This document shows, in pieces, positions 39,673 to 52,256 of a stretch of 64,000 bases of DNA. A program made the translations under genes and the position numbers. How positions within the stretch are numbered: the first letter of the stretch is position 1; the number at the start of each line of letters is the position of its first letter. The notes beneath the pieces are model-generated. The model saw only the letters and a list, made by a program, of their open reading frames with translations, did no database searches and was not told the DNA's origin. This DNA is from a virus (lineage: Duplodnaviria > Caudoviricetes): IMG/VR virus record IMGVR_UViG_3300044694_000082, positions 1 to 64,000 of that record; one strand, given 5' to 3'.

Positions 39673-42600
39673 TTACAGCTCGGTCCACTTGCCGTTGATC
39701 CAGTACCAGATCTCGCTGGCACCGGCGTTCGGCTTGCCGAAGTCGTCGAGCGGGGCGAAGTCCTTGACGCCCTGCTCGTCCTCGGGGCGGGTGATGATGC
39801 GGCCGGTGTAGTACAGCTCGCCGTCATCGTCCCGCATCTGGAACGGGCGCCCCTCACCGGCCTTGAGCCGGGCCTCGATGGCGGGGCTGATGTTGTGCGG
39901 GCCCGTCACCCCCTTGGCGTTGGCGTTGCTGCCCTCGGGGGCGCTGGTGTCTGGTGCGTGGTCGGTGGTGATGATCCAGCCGTACGACGCGTGCTTCATC
40001 ATGGGTGCTCCTACTGGGGTGGGTACAGGCCGAGGACCTGGCCGTTGCCAGGCTCGGCGAAAGCGATCTCGCGGGGCACGACGCCGTCATGGCTGGCGTC
40101 GATGGCCCAGTTGAGTGGCCCGTCATGCCAGACCACGGCCCACGGCATGACCGGCTCGATCGAGTCGTAGGTCTTCTCCCAGTCCTCGACCAGGGTGGGC
40201 GTGCCGAACGAGTCGCCGAGCAGCTTGTAGTGCCGGGTGATGTAGCCGAAGGCGGCTGCCGCCTGGCCGGGGGTCAACTTGCTCATGTGGTGCGCCTCCG
40301 TGCGAGAAGTTCGGTGTAGTGAGGACAGTCGTCGTTGTGGTAGTCCTGCCAGTACGGACACTCACACCGTGGCAGGGGCTCATCAGTTACTGCATCGGAG
40401 CCGAGACGGATGATGCCGTCCGCATCGGCCTTGGGGTAGCGATCGTTGAGATCGATGCCACGCAGGCCAGCCATCAGGCGGGCGTACGCCTCCTCGTCGA
40501 CACAGGAGCCGTCACAGAAGTCCGGCTCATCCTCGGTGCCTGGGCCGTGACCCGGGCACTCGGGCTTGTCATCGGGCGACTGGTGCTTGTCATTGTTCGG
40601 GTTGGCGCCGCAGAACGTCTCGCCGGTGATCAGGTCGCGGCCGTCCTCGTCCAGTGGATCCGAGCAGTGCACGCACAGCGGGGTGTCGTAGTCCTGGCTC
40701 ACCAGGGCCTCTCCCTCTGCTCGCCGCAGGGGCAGGTCTGGATCACGGGCGGCCTGGGCAACTCTCCTCCTGACGGTGGGCTTTCGAAAACATGGACGTG
40801 CCCGGCGCCCGTCTGGTGCGCCGGGCACCGGTGCTCCTGGGTCGCCGTGTCGTACGCCCAGCCCGCTTGCCGCGCCGACGTGAACGCGGCCACGTGTGTG
40901 CGGTACGTGGTGATCACACCGAGGCACTTGAGCGGGCGGCCGGGATCGAGCCAGCCGCCGCCCACGCAGCGGACCATGTACTGGGCGTGGATGCTCACCG
41001 CATGCTCTCCTCGATCGCTTCGGCTTCGGCGTCCTCGGCGGCGAGGCACCGCTCGCACTGGTTCTCGCCCTCGTCGCAGTTCTCCTGGTCGGCGCCGTTG
41101 ACACAGCGTTCAACCTGGCTCTCGGGGATGAACTTGGCGTCGTCCATGGAGTACCAGGTCTCGGGACCGCCGGGCCGGAGCCAGTGGACCCGCAGCCGTG
41201 TACGCCCGTTCTTCTCCTCGACGGCGATGACGTAGCCCTGCTGGCCGCCCTTGCCCTGGATGTAGACGCGCGGCGCCGTCGGCCGTTCGTAGCGCTCGAA
41301 CCAATCGGCGAACTTGGCCGCAGGCCAGGTCTCGTAACGATAGTCCTTCGGCATGTCCTCACCACGGTCGAACTCAATCAGCAGCTCATCCTTGTTGCCG
41401 CGCGTGCGTCGCAGGACCGTGACGAACTCACCCGCACCGCCCGTGTTCGGCTTGCGCATGCGCCAGGTCGATCCGACGGCGAACTGACCGGCGGGGATGG
41501 GCTTGGGCGGGCACTCGGGGCCGTCGGGGTGGACCTCGACGCGGTTGTCAGCGAAGGCGTACGAGTCGTAGTCGGCGTAGCTCCCGTGCGGGTACTCGCG
41601 CCGCCACATGTACTTCGAACGACCAGCGGTGTACCCGCTGATCATGCCAGGCTCAGGGTTTCGGTAGACCATCTTGCGACGGTCGTCGTCCCATTCGACA
41701 TCGGAGACCAGCACCCGCGTACCCACGGGCAGCAGCTTGTGCTTCGGCTCCGGGGGCGGGTCGGCGTAGTCGCAGTCCTCGGTGTGGCGCTCCTTGCACT
41801 GGGGGCGACGGTTCTCCTTGGACCTGCACTCCTTGAGGGGCGGCAACGGGATGACCTCACGCCACGCCTCGACCTCGTAGGGTGGGTAGTCGCTGTGGTT
41901 CTCTGCCAGCATCACGAGGGCTGCGATGTGGGCCCGCTGTGCCTCGACCTGCGCGGAGAGGAGGGCAGCGATCCGCTCCAGCATGTCGTCAATCGCGAAC
42001 GCGTCGTTGATCTCTGCGTTGATCGCCTTGAAGTACTCGGGGCCGGTCTTGTTGTCGGTCATGATCAGTCCTTCCGTCCGTCGAGGAGCTTGCCGAACAT
42101 CTTGGAGGCGGCGGTCAGGTCGGGCTGAGGCTCGGCCTTGACGATGGCGACGACGGCGGCGCCGTTGTCCCGCTGCTGGCGGGTGAGGCAGGCCTCGGCG
42201 CCTTTGTAGGTACCGGACCACTTCACACCGACGGCGATCCGGCCGTCCGACCAGCGCACGACGGCGGCGTAGTTGTAGGTGTTGGCGGAGGTGCGTTCGG
42301 CGTGGTGGAGCTGGCCGTCCTCGTCGCGGTAGACGGCCACGTACTTGGTCTTCTTGGTGGGCATGTCAGGGCTCCTCGGTGTGGGCGGTGTTGGCGGGGA
42401 GGCACTGCGGGGTGGTGCGGTGCCAGGTGTAGCAGCCGTCGCACAGGCAGTCGTCCTCACCGGCGAACATGGCGTCTTCCGGCGTGACCAGACGGCCACA
42501 GCACGGGCACGAGTTCGGCGGGGTGTCGGCGGGGTCGATGCGGAAAGACCAGCCGGACGGCTCATGCAGCTTCGCAACGGCGGTCCCCAGTTGTGCGAGG

Positions 42601-45600
42601 TCATTACCGAACCGGCGGGCGGCCATGACCGGGACGTCCATGCGGATCAGGATGTCTCCGGCTGCGTCGCCCGCGTGCTGGATCTCGGTGACCTCTTCGC
42701 GCAGGACCACGGCCTTGCCGTAGGCGGCCGGGGCGATGGGCGGGTGGATGACGGACAGGACGTAGCTCATCGCAGCTCCTCGATGTCGTCGGGGTGTTGG
42801 TACTGCTGGATCTCCATGGCCTTCCTGTAGTTGCGAGCCGCGGCCAGCGAGAAGCCAGCCGACGCGATGGACATGACCAGGGACAGGAGAGAGATGATCA
42901 GGGCGACGGTGTCGTTCATCGGGTGGCCTCCAGCTCGGCGAGGCGGGCGGTGATGAGCCGCTTCCAGGCGTCGGTGAGGGGGGCGAATACCTCCGTACGC
43001 TCGGCGTCGTTCAGTCGGTGCGCGAAGACGCCGATCTCCTTGGTTCCGAGGGTGAATCCGTGGGCCATCCTGTCGTCGTCCACGTCCAGGCCGAGTTGGT
43101 CCATGGCGCCCATGTAGGCGCCGTCACCGTCCGAGTGGCAGACGATCTGAGCGGCGACGCAGAACTGGGTGTCGGAAACGTCGAGGGCGCGGAGGTCGAC
43201 GTCCAGCTCCCAGCCGGGGTAGCGGGCGTCGAGGATGCGGGCGCCCTTCAGGACGCGGGCGTCGAGTTCGGTGTCGGTGGGGAACATGGTGTCTTCCTTG
43301 TCGTAGTTGGTCCCGTAAGCCGAAGGGGCCGGACACAGTGTGCCCAGCCTGTTCGGTCGGCGGGTCAGTCTTTGGTGGGCCAGAGGCAGGCCACGATCAC
43401 CACGATGGCGGTGATCACGGCGATGGCTGCGACGCCCAGGAGTACGGCACCGATCCCGAGACCGATGCCGCATCCTTCTGGGTCGTACTTCCGCATGTCC
43501 GAGGGGCACCAGAAGTTCCAGTACCAGTCGGGGATGCTCACGTGATCTCCGCGATCGTGACCCGATAGCGGCGGGTGTCGTTGCTGCCGTACGGGTCAGC
43601 CGTGACCACATCGATGGCCAGCGGCTCACCCGGGACCGGCGGGACCAGGTCGAAGTGCTTGACCAGCCGGGTCTCCAGGTCACCGTTGAGCAGACCGGTC
43701 ATGGCCGTGTAGATCGCGTAGCGCAGCTCGGCGTCGTTCATCCGGGGTACTCCCCGAGCCTCGTGTCCCAGGCGTCGCCGGGCAGACGGGCCAGCCACTT
43801 GGCGATGACCATCTGGGCGAACTCGTGCGGGATGCCTTCGGCATCGGTGCCCTCGGTCTTCTCCGTCCAGAACTCCAGCAGGGTTCCGGCCTCTTGAAGG
43901 AGGCGTTCGGCGACCTGTCGGCGCATCTGGGCGGCACTGACGCGTGCCGAGGGGGTGGGCGTGTCCATGGTGTCCTTTCGGTCGGCGGGGCTTACGCGCC
44001 CGTGAACTTCAGGTCGATGCTGGCGTCGACCTCACCGTTGCCGAAGACCCCGCCCCGGGCGTTCCCGGCGATGTAGGTCTTGGCGTCGTTCTTGATGTTC
44101 TCGCGGCCTTCGACGCCGAAGGCGGTCGTCCACTGGGACGGGTTGTGCAGGGTGACGGTCAGCTGGACGGTGAAGCTCATCGGGCGGTTGGGATCGCGGG
44201 CCATCGGGGTGGCTCCTTTCAGTCGGCGGCGAGTGCGGCCTTGGCGGTGCGGTGGGTGACCAGCTCGATGACCCACGCCTCGTAGAGGTTGGCGTAGTTG
44301 CCGTCGTGGTCGTCGTTTTCCTCGGCGAGGGTGACCGCGAAACCGTACTCGGCGGAGACGTCGTCGTTCGGGGGAATACCGAGCCGTTGCTGGCCCCGGC
44401 TGTACGAGCCACCACCGATGGCCTGTGCCGACGCGCAACGGGTGGTGCTGTACAGGTCGAGGGTGTCGAGGTCGATCCGGTCGGTGGCGCCCTGCTCGTA
44501 CTCCTCGATCTTGGTGATGCCCTTGCGGACGCGGGGGCGGAACTCTTCGATGGTCGTCGGCATGGTGAACCTTCCTTGTCGGGTGGTGCAGGTGTCAGGC
44601 GGTCTTGGCGGGGCAGGTGTCGGGGCATTCGGTGTGATCGCCGCTGTCATGCAGCCTGATCGCCTTCTCGAACCAGGCCAGCTGGCGCTGTTGTTCGAGC
44701 ATGCGCGGACCGGGACGCCCGATCAGGACCACGGCGCAGTCACGGTCGAATCGCGGTTCATACAGGCGCCCGTCGGCGGCAGGAGTGGCCCGAGTCTTGG
44801 AGACCACATCAACCCCGATCACCGGGTAGCCGGTGGGGCCGTTGACGCCGTCGGTGCGGATCTCGACATAACCGATCCTGCGCGGCAGCTTGATCTTGAT
44901 GACCGCCTCGTCGTCGTGCATGAGCACCGTGCGGTGCTCGCTGGGGTTGAGTTCGGTCATGGGGTGCTCTCCTTGTCGAGGTGGTCGGCAAGCGCACGCA
45001 GGGCGTACTGAATGCCGGGACGGGTGCCCAGGCGGATGATCTCGGAGGGTGAGCCGTCCTTGTTCCGGACGGCGAAGCCGTTGGCGGGCAGACCCATCGC
45101 GCCACCGATCATCATGCCGCTGTCGCGAAGCTCGATCAGGTGGTCTTCAACGGCCAGGTGTACGGCCTGCATGAGGTCGGGGTCGTCGGCGATCTGACGC
45201 AGGAGGGCGGCGGCGTTGTCGGGCAGCTTGGGCGTGGTCATCAGATGCCCTCCCTGATCGTGTGGTCGGTGAGGGTGGCGTCGAGGCGGGCGATGAACTG
45301 ACCCGGCACCGGAAAGACGGTGGCGACCAGATCACCGATCACGGTTCCTTCGGGCTTGCTGTAGAAGCGGGTGATGCCGTCATCGCTGAGGACCATGTAG
45401 TCGGCGGCGATGTAGGCGACCGGGTCGTCCGCGTAGCGCTCGATGCGGAAGACGTGGGCGGGCTCGTGGTTGTCGCTCACAGCTTGGGCTCCTTCGTGGC
45501 GAGGCGTTCGCCGTTGAACTTCTTGTACGGCTGGTCGTCGCCGTCGCAGTGGATGTAGTACCAGCCGTCGAAGTACTGGCCGCCGGGTGCCATGATCCCT

Positions 45601-47516
45601 TCGTCCATGAACTGTGTCGGTTCAACGACGCCCCACCTGCGGTCGTAGTCCAGCACCCGCAGGCTGGGGGTGATGAGGGCGCGGTCGGAGGTATGGTGGG
45701 CCTCCAGGATGCGGAAGTCGTAGCCGGAGGGGTGGCCCCAGACCGTGCCGACGGGGCGGCGGCCGAGGGCGTCACCGAACAGGCGGGCGTTCCTCGACCC
45801 AGCCACACCGGACCCGATCAGGGAGCCTTTGGCGGCCAGGGCGGCGTGTTCGACGCTGGAGTAGGCGGTGTCTCCGTAGGCGGTGATCTTGCCCAGCGGG
45901 CTGCGACGGATAAGCAGGAGCCCTGGCATGATCACGCCTCCTCGGTGCGGACGGGGACGAACCAGGCCGGGGAGGGCTGCCCGGCGTTCGGGAACCCCGG
46001 GTCGTAGACGGCGGCGTCCTCGACGCGGATCACGCCGTTGGATTCCAGCGCGACGACGGAACCGCGAGCTACGGCCTTCTCGATTTCGTAGGCGACCCCG
46101 GCGGCGTTGTCTTGGCAGATGCGCCGGGACCAGCCGAGGCCGTAGCCGCCCGCCCACTTGGTGTACCAGACGCCGGGGACGGGGGTGGGGATGGATGCGG
46201 TGGTCATGGTGTCGACCTTCCTTGTCGGTGTAGCGTGGTGGCGTCTACGTATCAAAGCCCGGCACGGCGGCAACCGTGCCGGGTTTCGTGTTTCACGTGG
46301 AACATCGGGCCTACTCGGGGGCCGACTCCCGCTGCTGCTCCAGCTGGTAGGCAGCCTCGCGCTCGATGGCCTCGCGGTCCGGCTCCGGCTCGCTGCGGCA
46401 GTCGTGCTCGTTCATGAGCGTGATCAGCGTGCCGATGTTGTCGTCGGGCTCGATGCGGGTGATGACCGTGCCGCAGTGCTCGTGTACCAGGTCGTGATCG
46501 GTCTGCATGTCGTCGTCGCTACGGCGGACGACGAAGCCGTACGGGTCGTTGATCTCCATCAGCTCTCCTCCCTGGTGCCAGTCAGGAAGACGACGCCCGG
46601 ATGGTGTGGCTGGCCGTCCTCGACGGTGTACGAGTAGCCGTCGGCGGCCGGGTCCTGGTAGGTGATGTCAGACATCACGTCGACACGTACGCGTGGGGCT
46701 CCGTCCTCGCGACGGGATTCGGTGTCGATCTCCACGACGCCGATGCCGTCGGGGAGGATGACGCGGAGGCTGCCGCGTCTCATGCGGTACTGGCGATAGT
46801 CGTTGGTCATCAGGCGACCTCGGCCTTGGCGTACTCGTCGTACGCGTCCATGAGCAGGTGGCGGAGCTGGGCGTGCGCGTCGCGGGCGGCGTTGTAGGCG
46901 GCCTCGGTCTCGTCGTAGTCCAGCTTGCCGCTGACCTCGAACCTTTCGGTGATCCACTCCCGCAGGGTGGGCATCTCCTCATACCGGGCGGCGTTCATGA
47001 GGAGTTCGCCGAGGACGCCGGACAACTCAGGGTTCACGTGACGGCCCCCGTTGCTCCGGCGGGACTCGGCCACGGCTCCACCGATGCCCCGGAAGTAGGC
47101 GGTGCGGCGGGTGCTGCCGTCCGTCACCCACTTCTGCGGCTCCTCGGTGGAGCGGATCAAGACCAGGTCCCACACCTCGTACTCGCTGTACGGGCCGGTC
47201 GAGACTTCGTGCGTCCAGAACCAGCGGGCGCGGATGCCGTCGCGGTTGATCAGGTCGGTAAGGGTGGTCATGGTGGTGTCCTTTCGGTGTCGGGCGGCGG
47301 AGTCAGCGGTCCAGCTTCTTGGAGCGCACGCGGTGCCGTGCATCCGGGGATGCGATGGTGTACTCCCTGCACAACCAGTACGCGTAGTCGCGGCCGGTCA
47401 GGGAGTCGTCCGGGCCACCCGTGTCGGTGGGTTCGACCTCGTCCAGCTCCTCCCACTCCGAGCCGGGGCCGGTGGTGTACTTGCCTTCGATGACCCAACC
47501 GTTGACGGTGCTCATG
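39673..47516 (-). CDS. Run of hypothetical genes including 39673-40002, 40011-40286, 40995-42062, 42065-42364, 42366-42770, 42916-43287, 43738-43968, 44219-44563, 44595-44960, 44957-45241, 45241-45480, 45477-45929, 46311-46559, 46559-46810, 46810-47271
   Basis: Coupled ORFs with RBSs; several mutually similar pairs (see findings). Confidence 0.65.
46255..46286. terminator. Intrinsic terminator-like hairpin next to a parS site
   Basis: AAAGCCCGGCACGG-cggcaa-CCGTGCCGGGTTT. Confidence 0.7.
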
Positions 47517-47548
47517 ATGGTGTCCTCTCGATGTTTCACGTGGAACAT

Positions 47549-47896
47549 TCAGCGGGCGGGCGGTGTGTAATCGGGGTCGCGGCGGATCTTGTTGTTGACG
47601 ATCCGGGAGACCGTCCCCTTGTCCAGTCCGAACTCCTCCGCGATGGCGGCCAGCGAGACACGGCCGGTCGCGTACTGCGCGCGGATGACCCGGGCCTCCT
47701 TCAGCAGTTGAGCACGCGTGGGTGCGGGCGGGAGATAGTCCGGGTCCGGCCAGGTCTGGCCACGGATGATCGCCGAGATGGTGGCGTGGTGGACGCCGTA
47801 CGTCTCGGCGAGCTGCGGCATGGTCGTGCGGCCTGCCGCGTACAGGGCGCGGATGGTGCGCACCTGCACCCAGGTCAGTACAGGGGCGCCGGGCAT
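47549..47896 (-). CDS. Tandem double-HTH DNA-binding protein
   Basis: Two repeats: TMPQLAETYGVHHATISAIIRG and SLAAIAEEFGLDKGTVSRIVNN. Flanked by parS on both sides. Confidence 0.8.
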   Translation of the reverse strand: MPGAPVLTWVQVRTIRALYAAGRTTMPQLAETYGVHHATISAIIRGQTWPDPDYLPPAPTRAQLLKEARVIRAQYATGRVSLAAIAEEFGLDKGTVSRIVNNKIRRDPDYTPPAR

Positions 47897-47930
47897 GGGG
47901 TCTCCTTGTCGGATGTTTCACGTGGAACGG

Positions 47931-50900
47931 TCAGGGGCGGTTGAGGCCGCGCGTGTCCTCGAAGATGTCGGTCACGGCGCCGGTCTGGTGGTGGGTCGTC
48001 CACCACACCTCCAGCCACCGGTTGGACGGGGTGCCGTCCGCTGCCTGGGCGTAGAAGCCACGGTGGTGGAGCGCCGATCGCCTGCCGAGGCAGCTGTAGG
48101 CGCTCATGTGCTGCTCGTCCACCTCGAAGGCGTGGGCGAACCCGTCCTCAGAGGAACGCTGGGTGATGCCGGTGTGCTTGGCCATGATGATTACTCCTTG
48201 TAATGAGGGGCCGTCTCGGTCAAGGGCACGCCCCGCCGCGGATGGTCGGCGAGGCGTGCGGCTTGAGGTGACGGACAGGTCAGTCAAACAGATCGGTCAC
48301 CAGGGCGCGGGCTGCATCGAGGCACCGCCCGCAGCTCGGGCCCCGGAAAACCCGCAGCCGTCGGCAGTACCGGCAGCGGATGTGCCAGTGGCGCCACCAG
48401 GTGCAGCGGTTACGGGCGCATGGCTTGCAGAAGCCGTAGCCCATCAGTCGTGCTGGCCGATGATGAGGCGCTCGGACAGGGTCAGCGTGACGTTCTCCCC
48501 ATACGCGCGTTCGATGCGGCGCCGGTGCTCGTCGCACAGGGGCGACGGCCCGTCGCTGGGCTCCCCGCTGACATAGGCAACGTGCACGTAGTGCGTGGCG
48601 TAGGAGTGGCACCAGTCGCCCTCCGCGCAGGCGACGCGGGTGAAGTACTCGGTGTGGAAGAGGTGACGGACCGCGCCGTCTTCCTTCACGATCATGGTGA
48701 AGGCACACCGCTGGCCGTCCGGGTTGACGTCGCGCCAGGTGTAGACCTTGTACCCGAAAAAGGCGGCGTTGCTGACATCGGTCTCACGCTGCAACGGGGT
48801 GCGCACACCCTTGTCAGGGGCGCGGTGGCCCATGTGGGCGTAGTCGACCACGGTCTCGGAGTTGTCGCGGACCTCGGTGGGGATCTCAACGGTGATGGTG
48901 TCGGTCATGGTGGTGTCCTCTCGTTGCCGTAAACCGAAGTGGGCAGACACATCGTGCCTGCCCTGCCACGGTCGGCGGCGGCTACTCGTAATGGTCGGGG
49001 CGATCGGCGTGGTTGTTATAGGGGATGGGGTCGCCGGGGGCGTGAATGTACATGCTGTACGCCACGTCACCGCCCCGGCCGAAGTTCACGGAGTGCAGGG
49101 GGCGGCCACGGTCGGCGTACTCGCCCGCCTCCAGCTCAAGGGCCAGCGCCGTTGCGGCGGCGTCCGTGTCGGCGGTGGCCACGGCGACCAGCTCACGGAA
49201 CGTGAACCACCGGCCGCCTTCCTCCGGGCCGAGGTACTCCATTCCCAACCTGTAGACGGCGACCGTCCAGCTGTCGGCGGTGCAGTGATCATCCTTGGGT
49301 GCGTCGAACTTGATCAACGGCATGGTGTCTTCCTTGTCGGGTGGGCCCGTGGTGGCCCGGGGTGGTGCCCTGCTCTTCCACGGGCCGGGACTAGCGGGGA
49401 GGGTTGACGGCGGTCAGTATCACGGCGGTCACGACCACACCCCACGCGAGGTAGGTCATGAGCCATCGGGCGTCGGATCTCCAAGGGCGGTGGCGCATGC
49501 TCTTCCTTGTCGGGTGGGGCGGGCGTTCACGGGGTGTCTCCCGGCATCCAGCTTTCAAGCGCGTGCACTTCGGTGATCGAGTCCAGGAAATGGTGCTGCA
49601 TGACCACCGTCAAGGTGGCGTACAGGCAGACCAGGTCTCCGATCTTCTGACTCACCACCCAGCGCTCACGCTTGTCCTCCACCCAGCGAAGCCGGTGCCA
49701 GCCGCGCGGGAGCGGCCCGGTGGGTCCGGGCACGGGGTTGGTCATGACTGTTTGTCCTCCAGGAAGGCGGCGAACTGCTCACGGGCTTCGGTCTCGGCGT
49801 AGTCGTAGCCGATCAGCCCCCAGCACGAGCCGTCGTTAACCTCGACCCAACTGGTGTGCTCGTCGGGAAGGGTGACGTCGTCGCCGGGGTCGACGGGCTG
49901 CCAGGTCACGGCTTTTTCGATCACGTAGCCGTAGACCTCACCCCGTGCCCAGGCCATGTACTCGTCGATCTCGCCCCGGATGGCGGCCACGGGGTCGGGG
50001 ACCTGTGCGATGCCGTCGGGCATCAGGTACCAGAGGGCTTCGGCGCCGTCGTGCGGGGCGTGGTATTCGACCACGGCACCGTGGAAGATGCGCGCCCAGC
50101 GGGTGAAGATCTCGACGGCGTCCGGGTGCCCCATGATCCGCTCCCAGCCGTCCTCCAGCGGGCCGCCATCCCGGTCCACGTCGATGTACTGGTGAGTGGG
50201 CAGCGTGATCACGTGGGTCAGTTGATCGAACTCCGTGCGCGGGTTGGACGGTTCCGGGTCCGGCATGAGGCGGACGCGGTAACGCCCGTCGTCGCTGGTC
50301 TCGATGGTGTCGGTCATGGCGATGTCTCCCGTGTCAGTCGGTGATCAGGTGTAGGTTCCGATGATCTGGAACCGGCCGCCCGCTTGTGTCACTTCGGTGC
50401 GGCGCGCTTCAACGCACGCCGCACACAGGGGTTTGATCACCCCTTGGTGTGCTCGACGGGGACCTTGCCGCCACCCCATCTGTACGCGGGCCACTGCGGG
50501 CGGCGGGTCGCTGTAGTGCGCAGAGTCGGCCAGCCAGCCGCACGGCGGGGGGTTCTCGGAAGGGGGCATGGTGATGTCCTTTCACGATGCGGGGCACGGA
50601 CGGCCACCGGGATGAGCGGTGGGCGCCCGTGACGGCACCGGGTCAGTGGCCGCGAGGCGGGTGGAAGCGATAGGTCTTGGACAGGCGCGGGATGCCCGGG
50701 GTGCTGCGGCTGGTGATGGCCGTGCCGACGCGGTACAGGTGCACGGTGTCACCCTCGGTCACCATCTCGTCGGACCAGGTCAGCCGGACGGTGGGGAAGC
50801 GGCGCCCCTGTGAGGCCAGCGGCTGGAGAGGCTTGATCACGATGCCGGTGTCCGTGACCTCGGTGACGCGGGAGCCGTCGCGGCTGTCGCTGATGTAGTC

Positions 50901-52066
50901 GTGATCGGTGATGTCGACCGTCCAGCCCACGGCCACGCGGGCACGCAGTTCGGCCAGGTCGGCGATGCGTTCTTCCCGGGTGATGATCCACCGGTACGCC
51001 TTGTCCGCCTCGGACTCGTGCGGGTACTTCCACAGCTCGGTGTCCGTCTTAGTGTCGTAGTCGTGCTGGGCCACCCGCCACCAGGTGTTGGGGCCGATGT
51101 CGGCGTACTGGAGTTGGGCGCCGGTCCATGGGTGGCTGACGTAGGTGGACCACTCGACGGTGGACCAGTCGAAGGGGGTGGTGGTCATGATCAGTCCTCC
51201 GTGTGGGGCTCGTCGGGGTGGTGGAAGTCGGCGCAGCCGGTGCAGAACGGAATTCCCTCAATCTCACAGGCTGTGACGATCTCCCGTACGTGCGCGGGGT
51301 CGTAGTGGGGACGGGCGTCCAGGAACGCGGCGACAGGATCCACGATCAGCTCTCCCTGGCGGCGTCGAGGCGGGCAATCTCGGCGCGGATGGGGTCGGTA
51401 CCGGTATCGGCCTGCTCGGCGGTGATCACATACCAGCGGTCGCGGTGGGGGCCGCTGCCGTAGCGGAACACCAGCGAACCGATGCGTACGTCTTCGTTGT
51501 GGGGCACCGGAATCTGAGTGGGACCGAACCAGTGCTCGTTACTGTCGAGGGCTTCGATGATCCTGCTGGCCATGGCGCTCCGGACCTGACAGGCGCCGCA
51601 GTCAATGTGATCTTCGGTGTGCATGTCAGTTGTCCTCGGTGATCTCGCGGTGCGCGACGATCCAACCGGCGCTCTCCGACTCGCCGTTGCCGTCGTCGTA
51701 CTCGGGGTCGTCTTCCTTCGGGTGGATCTCGACGGAGAGTGCCACCCAGTACCCGGGGGTCTCGCGGATGTGATCGGCCAGGGCGCCGCCGATGTACTCC
51801 GAGGGGTGCATGATCGGGCCGCTGTACCTGTCCTGGCCGGACCAGCCATCGGCGACGTGCCAACCCTGATCGGCCAGGTACTTGACCATGTCCCGGTCGT
51901 GTTCCTTGGTGATGGATGCCTCGGCGAACGGGCCGTCGTAGTCGCAGTACACCTCCGGGGCGTAGACGCCCAGCGGCTTGCCGTCGGGGGTCTTGTCGGT
52001 GACGGTGCCGTCCGGGAGTACCCGCACGACGTGGTCGATGCTCATCAGGTTGTCGAGATCCATCAC
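47931..52066 (-). CDS. Run of hypothetical genes including 47931-48186, 48444-48908, 48982-49323, 49527-49745, 49742-50317, 50345-50569, 50643-51188, 51346-51624, 51626-52066
   Basis: RBS-preceded ORFs, many starting MT(D/T). Confidence 0.65.
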
Positions 52067-52185
52067 GGTGTCCTTTGCCGTCTCGTTATTTTGCCGTTCC
52101 GTGACTTTGCCATCCCGTTACATCCGGGGAGGCGCGGAGCGGAAGGTCAAATCCGGGTAAAGTTGCTGGTCAGCGTGTCAGGGTT

Positions 52186-52256
52186 AGTCCCGGGACTGGC
52201 GTTGGGCAGTCCCGGGACTGAGCCGCAGTCTCTCAAGAGGCCAGGTAGTCCCGGAC
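52186..52256. promoter_or_regulatory. Repeated palindromic operator-like sites AGTCCCGGGACT
   Basis: Perfect copies at 52186-52197 and 52208-52219 (22-bp spacing); partial copy at 52247. Confidence 0.5.

Larger units (their letters stand above)
22194..47929 (-). repeat. parS: Array of 32 co-oriented parS-like sites (TGTTCCACGTGAAACA on the minus strand, often extended to GATGTTCCACGTGAAACATC)
   Basis: Manual count of 16-mers, plus-strand starts: 22194, 22359, 22751, 22833, 23674, 23984, 24504, 24876, 25091, 25282, 25420, 25636, 25849, 26191, 26884, 27302, 28008, 28255, 28460, 28799, 29046, 29483, 31609, 32406, 33212, 33477, 34248, 39177, 39653, 46289, 47532, 47914. The 14-bp core GTTTCACGTGGAAC is invariant and matches the chromosomal parS consensus TGTTNCACGTGAAACA. 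Confidence 0.93.

Noticed and set aside
22833-47548. ORF-track starts reading MFHVKH or MFHVEH
   Set aside because: The ATG comes from the parS palindrome itself. Better starts with RBSs usually lie just downstream (for example 27994, 32392, 39633).
22194-47929. The repeat array as a CRISPR array
   Set aside because: Repeats are only 16-22 bp, intervals range from about 65 bp to several kb and contain whole genes, and no cas genes are visible.
22194-47929. The repeats as integron attC sites
   Set aside because: Too short, lacking the R/L box architecture of attC, and no tyrosine recombinase in the window. Only the cassette-like layout is retained as a hypothesis.
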